Assembly (NCBI GenBank): GCA_963662265.2
Contig: CAXXHA010000035.1
Location: 96,001-160,000 of the forward strand
DNA: 64,000 nt
Origin: Spirochaetia bacterium
Lineage (GTDB): Bacteria > Spirochaetota > Spirochaetia > CADAEX01
Direction of reading: 5' to 3'
Shown: positions 57,375-64,000 of the stretch, piece after piece
How the letters are laid out: each line of letters starts with the position of its first letter
How positions within the stretch are numbered: position 1 is the stretch's first letter
The notes under the pieces: model-generated
Told to the model about the DNA's origin: nothing
The model's database searches: none
What the model saw: the letters and a program-made list of their open reading frames with translations, nothing else
Program-made: the position numbers and the translations under genes

Positions 57375-58499
57375 ATGGCATATCAGGATCAGTATAAAGA
57401 TTGTGAATGGGTCGAATTCGAAGTACTTGAAAGCTTCATGAAAGATGCTCTTGTGGGAATAGGTGTACCGGAAGAGGATGCAAAAATAATAGGTGATGTT
57501 CTTATTGAATCAGACAAGAGAGGAATAGACTCTCACGGTATAGGCCGTCTCAAACCGATTTACATTGAACGAATTGATGCGGGTATACTCAACCCGGAAA
57601 CAAAAATTGATATTGTTACAGACGAGAAAGCTGTAGCTGTTCTTGACGGGAACAACGGTATGGGGCATGTTGTGTCACATAAGGCAATGAGCATGGCAAT
57701 TGATAAGGCCAGGGAATATGGTATCGGTATGACTGTTGTCAGGAATTCAAACCATTACGGTATTGCAGGGTATTATCCGCTCATGGCTATTAAAGAGGAT
57801 ATGCTGGGTATAACAGGAACCAATGCAAGGCCCTCTATTGCACCGACTTTCGGAGTTGAAAACATGCTTGGGACAAATCCCCTGACAATCGGTGTTCCGA
57901 CAGATGAAGAATTCCCGTTTGTAATTGATGCAGCAACAAGTGTTACACAGAGGGGAAAAATCGAGGTTTATGACAGGGCAGGAAAGGAACTCCCCCCCGG
58001 ATGGGTTATAGGGAATGACGGTACAAGCCGTGAAGATACCAAACAGGTACTTGTTGACCTGACAAAGGGAAAGGCTGCTCTTACCCCGATGGGCGGACTT
58101 GGAGAGGCCGGAGCAGGGTATAAAGGATACGGATGGGCAACTGCTGTTGAAATACTTTCAGCTGCTCTTCAGGGCGGATCATACCTTAAGGCTCTAAACG
58201 GATATGATGAGGATGGAAACAGAATCCCCTATCCTCTGGGACATTTCTTCATAGCAATTAATCCTGAAATGTTTTTGGGAAAGGACCTTTTCAAGACAAT
58301 TGCAGGTTCAATCTGCCGGGAACTCAGGAATTCCAGAGTTGCTCCTGGCCAGGACAAGATATATACAGCAGGGGAAAAGGAATGGCTTGCATGGCAGTAC
58401 AGAAAAGACCATGGCTGTCCTGTTCCTAAAGTGCTTCAGAATGAAATGATTGAATTAAGAGACCGATTTAATCTTGATTATAAGTTTGATTTTGAATAG
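57375..58499 (+). CDS. Ldh_2-family (malate/lactate/sulfolactate) dehydrogenase
   Basis: RGIDSHG, NSNHYG, GTNP, GYKGYG. Confidence 0.9.
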   Translation: MAYQDQYKDCEWVEFEVLESFMKDALVGIGVPEEDAKIIGDVLIESDKRGIDSHGIGRLKPIYIERIDAGILNPETKIDIVTDEKAVAVLDGNNGMGHVVSHKAMSMAIDKAREYGIGMTVVRNSNHYGIAGYYPLMAIKEDMLGITGTNARPSIAPTFGVENMLGTNPLTIGVPTDEEFPFVIDAATSVTQRGKIEVYDRAGKELPPGWVIGNDGTSREDTKQVLVDLTKGKAALTPMGGLGEAGAGYKGYGWATAVEILSAALQGGSYLKALNGYDEDGNRIPYPLGHFFIAINPEMFLGKDLFKTIAGSICRELRNSRVAPGQDKIYTAGEKEWLAWQYRKDHGCPVPKVLQNEMIELRDRFNLDYKFDFE

Positions 58500-58757
58500 A
58501 AATTAAGTGCAGACACTGTCTGCATATTATCCGGTTTGTTTTCTGGTAAAGCTGAAATACTTATTTTCATGGATCAGAATATGTTGTTATGCTTTAAGCC
58601 GGATGCATGTTGTTTATGAACTGTCTGTTTCATCATTCAGATCATGAATAATTCACCGCAATTTATCCTGATTTTACATTCCGCTTTAAATCTGCAGAGT
58701 GTAAAAAATCAACCGTAATACAGGATTGTTGCCTGAAGAATATTTTGGAGAAGAATA

Positions 58758-60041
58758 ATGGATGAACTTAAAAAGAAAGCTCTCTTATATCACTCGGAAG
58801 GGAAACCCGGTAAGATCGAAGTAATCTCAACAAAGCCCTGCCATACAGCAGAAGAGCTTTCTCTTGCATATACTCCCGGAGTTGCAAAACCGGTGCTTGA
58901 AATAGCTGAGGATCCTAGCTCAGCATATAAATATACAGCAAGGGGAAATCTTGTCGCAGTTATCTCCAATGGTACTGCAATACTCGGTCTTGGAGACAGG
59001 GGGGCCCTTGCTTCAAAACCTGTAATGGAAGGAAAGGGTGTTCTTTTCAAGAGGTTTGCAGATATAGATGTATTTGATCTTGAAGTTGATACAAAGGATC
59101 CTGAAAAACTCATAGAAGTTGTGAAGCTTCTTGAACCTACATTTGGCGGGATCAACCTTGAAGATATTAAGGCACCTGAATGCTTTGAGATTGAAAAGAG
59201 GCTGATCGAGGAGTGCGATATCCCAGTTTTTCACGATGACCAACATGGTACTGCAATAATCAGCACTGCAGCCCTTATAAATGCTGTTGAAATCACTGGA
59301 AAGAAAATTGATGAGATGAAGGTTGTTTTCAACGGTGCGGGAGCTGCCGGTATTTCCTGTGCAAGAATGTTCAAGGCAGCAGGAATCAGGGGTGAAAATA
59401 TTCTGATGTGCGATTCCCGCGGCGTTCTCCATGAGGGAAGAAGATCTGAACTTAATGAAATGAAGCAGGAATTTGTCAATGAGACAGAGGCAAGAACTCT
59501 TTCCGATGCTCTGAAAGGAGCCGATGTTTTTATAGGCGTGTCTGTCCCTGACTGCGTGACTGCCGAGATGCTCAATACTATGGCTGAAAATCCTGTAGTT
59601 TTTGCAATGGCGAATCCAAATCCTGAAATTACATATGAACTAGCAACTTCAACAAGAAGCGACGTGATTATGGGTACGGGAAGAAGCGATTATCCTAACC
59701 AGGTAAACAATGTTCTCGGATTTCCTTTTATTTTCAGGGGTGCTCTTGATGTGAGAGCCTCAAAAATATCAGAAGGAATGAAGATGGCTGCGGCTGAAGC
59801 TCTTGCTATGCTTGCGAGGGAAGAAGTTCCTGAAATTGTCAAAAAAGCCTACGGTGGAAAAGATTTCACTTTCGGAGTTGATTATGTTATCCCCAAACCT
59901 TTTGATCCGAGAGTAATAGAATGGGAAGCACTTGCAGTTGCAAAGGCAGCGTGTGAAGAGGGGCTTGCAAAAGAACCTGTCACAGACTGGGATGCTTACA
60001 GGGCTGAGCTTAAAAAGCGGATGGAGCCTTTCTGGAAGTAG
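58758..60041 (+). CDS. Malic enzyme (MaeB N-terminal type, no PTA domain)
   Basis: [44 protein letters not shown]. Confidence 0.93.
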   Translation: MDELKKKALLYHSEGKPGKIEVISTKPCHTAEELSLAYTPGVAKPVLEIAEDPSSAYKYTARGNLVAVISNGTAILGLGDRGALASKPVMEGKGVLFKRFADIDVFDLEVDTKDPEKLIEVVKLLEPTFGGINLEDIKAPECFEIEKRLIEECDIPVFHDDQHGTAIISTAALINAVEITGKKIDEMKVVFNGAGAAGISCARMFKAAGIRGENILMCDSRGVLHEGRRSELNEMKQEFVNETEARTLSDALKGADVFIGVSVPDCVTAEMLNTMAENPVVFAMANPNPEITYELATSTRSDVIMGTGRSDYPNQVNNVLGFPFIFRGALDVRASKISEGMKMAAAEALAMLAREEVPEIVKKAYGGKDFTFGVDYVIPKPFDPRVIEWEALAVAKAACEEGLAKEPVTDWDAYRAELKKRMEPFWK

Positions 60042-60763
60042 CAGGTTTTAATACGGGGTGCGGATATACTGGTAATCTGGTTATCGGTACCCATTTATAC
60101 GTAATATTCTGTTATTGAAGAGAAGAATCCGATATATTTAATCAGGCAGAGAAATTAAGCTTAGCTTTTTTGGATAAAGGTAATTAATTCAGTTTTATGA
60201 CCGTGATTCTGCCTTGCATTTTAAAAATGTAATTAAATCAGTAATCAGCAGCAGAATGCCAACTGCTGATTGAATATTTTCTTAAAACCACACCTTTTTT
60301 TGTAGAGAATTAACAATTCTCGGGGGGATGTATTATATATCTCCCCTTTTTTATTGTCATACCGGGAATGAACTATTAAAAATGTATATATCAAATATTC
60401 CGAGAATCAAGTTTCTGATTTCCAGATAATTATTTAATAATTTGACAGATTATCAGCGGCATTATTCAAAGTAATTGTGATTATTATAAACCGTACAAAT
60501 ACTCATCCCCCTCATGTACAGGATAATTGGTATTCCCAATGCAGCAATAGTTATTTGAATCCGGGAAAACAGCTGGCTTTTGTAATTAAAGTATGTGGAT
60601 ATTGTGATAAAACAGGACAGATAAAATCCCGGGAAAAAATATTTCCCGGAATATCATGTATTTGTGTATAGTTCAGATATTCGGAATAAGACTCAAAGCC
60701 TGATAAAAGTCTCTGGTTACCTGTAATCAGGCTGTTCTGCAGAGCCTGTATCGGAAATACAGC

Positions 60764-61579
60764 TTAGCCCCGTTTTGCAATAATGTGCTGAACCGCTTCA
60801 TAAAAACCTGCAGCATCATTGTTGTCTGTCACATAGGTGGGGTAGTGCTTCATTATAGGAAGGAATTTTCTTATATTGGCAACTGCAATTGTGTATTTGA
60901 GTTCTTTGAACATAGGCTCATCATTCTGGGAATCTCCAGAAAAGAGGATCCTGTCCTGTACTTCTTCAAGCTCTTTGCCGGTAAAATCCTTCAGAAACAT
61001 CCTGAAGCAGGTAAGCTTGTCATAATCTCCGAACCAGCAGTTTATATGTATGCTTGATATTTTATAGACAGCTTTTTCCTCATCAAGGATAGCGCAGATT
61101 CTGTTCATTTCCTCTTCTGAAAGAGGAGCCACATCTTCGCAGAAATCAATTGCAAGGTCTGCGATTCTGAAGTCCTGGTCTGATGCAATACCTGCGTTGG
61201 GGACTTCCTTAATAACTCTGTCCCTTATCCTGTCGAGTTTTTCCCTTCCCTGTCTTCTTTCTTCATCGCTCTGAAGATATTTTCTTACAACTTTTTTCTG
61301 CTGCGGATCATAGGAAAAATAGAAAGCGCCGTTTTCACCGACTACACCTGCAACAGGCCACATCCTTGCTATATGGTCGCACCAGCCTGCAGGTCTTCCT
61401 GTGACAGGTATTATTTTAATTCCCATATCATGCAGTTTCCATATTGCTTCAAAAGTTGATGCAGGGAGAAGACCGTCAGTTGTTATTGTGTCATCGATAT
61501 CTGTAAAAACATATTCCAGGTTCTTGCAGAGGCTTTCCGGGATATCTTTAATTGGAAGATTTTTCATAATATTTACCAT
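60764..61579 (-). CDS. HAD-IIB family hydrolase
   Basis: TDIDDT, VTGR, ENGA, GDSQND. Confidence 0.9.
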   Translation of the reverse strand: MVNIMKNLPIKDIPESLCKNLEYVFTDIDDTITTDGLLPASTFEAIWKLHDMGIKIIPVTGRPAGWCDHIARMWPVAGVVGENGAFYFSYDPQQKKVVRKYLQSDEERRQGREKLDRIRDRVIKEVPNAGIASDQDFRIADLAIDFCEDVAPLSEEEMNRICAILDEEKAVYKISSIHINCWFGDYDKLTCFRMFLKDFTGKELEEVQDRILFSGDSQNDEPMFKELKYTIAVANIRKFLPIMKHYPTYVTDNNDAAGFYEAVQHIIAKRG

Positions 61580-61738
61580 CCTGTTGTCTTTTTCTGTTCA
61601 ATATTTCAGGGTGGTGGTTCTGAAAATAATTCTTTTCAGCAGAAATATTTATATGAATAATACCCTTAAACCTGTATTTGAATCAACACATAAAATGTTG
61701 CATTTGACAATAAAAATAAAAGGTGTTTTAATTTTGAT

Positions 61739-62530
61739 ATGAATGAAACACCTTCTGATAAAATGATTCCTGCGGAAAGGCATAAGAAAATAATAGAACT
61801 TCTGAAACTCAAATCTGCAGTCAAGGCTGCAGATTTGAGTGAACTGTTTGATGTGGCGCCCCTTACAATAAGACGGGACCTCGACCTGCTTGAAAGAAAA
61901 GGTGTTCTTGAAAGGAGCCACGGAGGTGCTGTCCTCCGGCAGAGCATGCGGGATGAGCCTTCCTTTTATCAGAAAGACAACTCTCTCACAGATGAAAAAA
62001 TAGAACTTGCAAAGGCTGTTGTTGAACTGATTGAAGACGGAGATACGATTTTTATAAACTCCGGTTCAACAAACAGGCAGGTGCTTGAACAGCTTGCATC
62101 CGGGGAAAAAAAGGTCAGGATAATTACGAACAACACATGGGCTGTTGAAATATTCAGAAACAGCGATATCGAACTTCTTATTCTCGGCGGAGTCTACAGA
62201 AGCAGCGCCCGCTCTCTTGCCGGAAGTTTCACTTCCGATGCACTTAGAAAGGTTTTTGCAAACAAGGCTGTAATCGGCGTGGACGGTGTGAGTCTTAAAC
62301 ACGGCCTTACTACACCGGCAGAGCCTGAGGCAGAAGTTGCGCGGCTTATGATTGAGCAGACATCGGGAGATGTCATTATTGCTGCAGACCATTCAAAAAT
62401 CGGGGTTGTATCAAATTTTCTCATATCTACAATTGATAAGGTAAGCTGTATTGTTACAGACAGAAAGGCAGAGACGCTTATTGATGATGAGGAGTTTGAG
62501 AAAAACGGGACACGGGTGGTGTTTTCCTGA
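61739..62530 (+). CDS. DeoR/GlpR-family transcriptional regulator
   Basis: TIRRDL...RSHGGA, FINSGST, ITNN, DHSKIG. Confidence 0.93.
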   Translation: MNETPSDKMIPAERHKKIIELLKLKSAVKAADLSELFDVAPLTIRRDLDLLERKGVLERSHGGAVLRQSMRDEPSFYQKDNSLTDEKIELAKAVVELIEDGDTIFINSGSTNRQVLEQLASGEKKVRIITNNTWAVEIFRNSDIELLILGGVYRSSARSLAGSFTSDALRKVFANKAVIGVDGVSLKHGLTTPAEPEAEVARLMIEQTSGDVIIAADHSKIGVVSNFLISTIDKVSCIVTDRKAETLIDDEEFEKNGTRVVFS

Positions 62531-62768
62531 TTTAGTATGAATAAGTTATGTATTTTGTAAAAATATCAATCACTTTATTTGTAAGCTTTAAAATAAAAGA
62601 ATAATTCGTTGTAAACTAATATCCGTACTCAAAAAATATGGTTTTATTCTGATTTCTGTGTAATAATCAAACTATAGTTATTAATATTAATGATTAAAAG
62701 TAAATACTGTTATTATGTTGATCTGTTTGTAAATAAGCAGTTGGCAGCAGAATAGAATTAAAAAGTTT

Positions 62769-64000
62769 ATGAAACATGAAATATACCAATTTCAAAAAAA
62801 TAGAATATTGAATAGAACTTCCTCTTCAATTAGGCCTGATGAATTTAACAAAATGCTTGAAGAATACAATAAGGTTAATTGTGAATATCTTATTCAACCT
62901 GTTTTGTATGAAGAGTCTGGAAATACAGGTATTCTTTCATATGAGAAAGATTTTATTGTTCCATATAAGAAGATAACAGAATATAAAAGACTGACTGATA
63001 AGGATTTTATTTCATTGTGTATATCTGCAGTTGAAGCAGTAGGCGCTCTTTATGAATGCCGCTTTGCTGCATGTACAATACATCCTTCATCCCTGTATTG
63101 TCTACCTGACTATACTGTTAGACTGCTTCTCCCCGGATTTATACCTGTAGAGGATGAACGGGAATATCTTTTCTACTCTGCTCCTGAAGTATCAACTCAG
63201 ACAGATTTTGATAACGTTGAATCAGTAAGCAGAATGATTTTCTACTCTCTGGGGCTTATCTTATATGAAGTGTTTACTGGAGAAAAATTATGCAGCTCAA
63301 ATGAAGTTCTTGAAACATTTCACAGGAAAATGACAGACCGGAAACTGATTTCTTCTGGAAAAAAAAGTGTGTTGAATATCTTTGATAAAATGACAGCACT
63401 TAATCCGCAGGAGCGGTACCATTGTGCTTCAGAAATAATACATGATTTAAAATACTGTCTTAAAAAATGTTCAAGTTCAGAATCAGAAGAGGCAGCGCTG
63501 GAATTCCATGAAGAGAGAGATTTTTCATTTTCAGTTTTCAGAATATCACGTGAGATTGAGGGACGTGAAAAAGAGACAGCTTTGCTGGAAAAATCATTCA
63601 GAGATACAGCAAATGGAAAAAGCCGTATTGTTTTTGTTAGCGGATATTCAGGCATCGGAAAAACATCTTTAGTAAGCAATTTTCTTGAAATTATTCACTC
63701 TGCTTCCGGTTTTATCTTAAAAGGAAAATTTGATCAGTATAATAACAGTCCATATACTGGATTTGTTCAGATATTCAGTACTCTTTTTGGAAAGCTTCTT
63801 CAGTTTGATGAAGATAAACTGTCGTTATACCGTGACAGAATAATAAAACTTCTCGGAAGAAACGGAAAACTTTTAACAGATATTGTTCCTGTGCTTGAAA
63901 AAATTACAGGCTGTTATTCAGAACCGGAAGTAACAGGTGCTGTTGAAGTTAATAATTATATTACATATATGTTTCATAAGCTGCTTTCTTTATTTGCATC
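62769..64000 (+). CDS. Partial multidomain protein: degenerate Ser/Thr kinase domain plus AAA ATPase (runs off the window; absent from the ORF track)
   Basis: Manual translation from ATG 62769: YSAPE, YSLGLILYEVFTG, GREKE, VSGYSGIGKTSLV, GKFDQY. Confidence 0.8.
   Translation, partial: MKHEIYQFQKNRILNRTSSSIRPDEFNKMLEEYNKVNCEYLIQPVLYEESGNTGILSYEKDFIVPYKKITEYKRLTDKDFISLCISAVEAVGALYECRFAACTIHPSSLYCLPDYTVRLLLPGFIPVEDEREYLFYSAPEVSTQTDFDNVESVSRMIFYSLGLILYEVFTGEKLCSSNEVLETFHRKMTDRKLISSGKKSVLNIFDKMTALNPQERYHCASEIIHDLKYCLKKCSSSESEEAALEFHEERDFSFSVFRISREIEGREKETALLEKSFRDTANGKSRIVFVSGYSGIGKTSLVSNFLEIIHSASGFILKGKFDQYNNSPYTGFVQIFSTLFGKLLQFDEDKLSLYRDRIIKLLGRNGKLLTDIVPVLEKITGCYSEPEVTGAVEVNNYITYMFHKLLSLFA

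Noticed and set aside
60145-60171. GGCAGAGAAATTAAGCTTAGCTTTTTT as a GlpP-type element
   Set aside because: Lacks GAGAGCC, has only a 4-bp stem, and there is no credible downstream sense gene.
60477-60671. 64-aa ORF in the long gap after the malic enzyme
   Set aside because: GTG start without SD and no supporting motif beyond a single CxxC; left uncalled.

Overview
A 64 kb AT-rich bacterial chromosomal window, probably from an anaerobic free-living spirochaete (inferred from 'VFAGGQKE/VFAGGKKE' secretion signals on the solute-binding proteins). It carries about 60 mostly metabolic genes. I found no rRNA, tRNA, CRISPR array, prophage or transposase. Main blocks: agmatinase/HAD/LysR; a ROK-associated inositol/rhizopine-type sugar ABC transporter; butanediol dehydrogenase; galM, ltaE, arcC; a NuoE/NuoF/GltD-fusion (Stn-type, probably electron-bifurcating) oxidoreductase followed by a class III aminotransferase; fabF; udk. 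The standout is 41.7-57 kb, where a glpP antiterminator gene sits among five copies of a conserved RNA element (GGC-N1/2-GAGA-N3/4-GAGAGCC running into an intrinsic terminator). These elements lie in series in front of a three-subunit glycerol-3-phosphate dehydrogenase operon, a second flavoprotein paralogue with an apparently different NAD(P) preference, a PotABCD-like transporter whose binding protein has lost polyamine-binding acidic residues, and a DHH phosphoesterase. Together they suggest an undescribed glycerophosphodiester/G3P utilisation regulon (inference). Also seen: a PHP gene that appears to start at ATT/ATC, several apparently leaderless genes, two small palindromic repeat families, G-U-rich intergenic hairpin arrays and a pseudokinase-AAA gene running off the right end. 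All family calls come from motif recognition by eye; no database searches were run.
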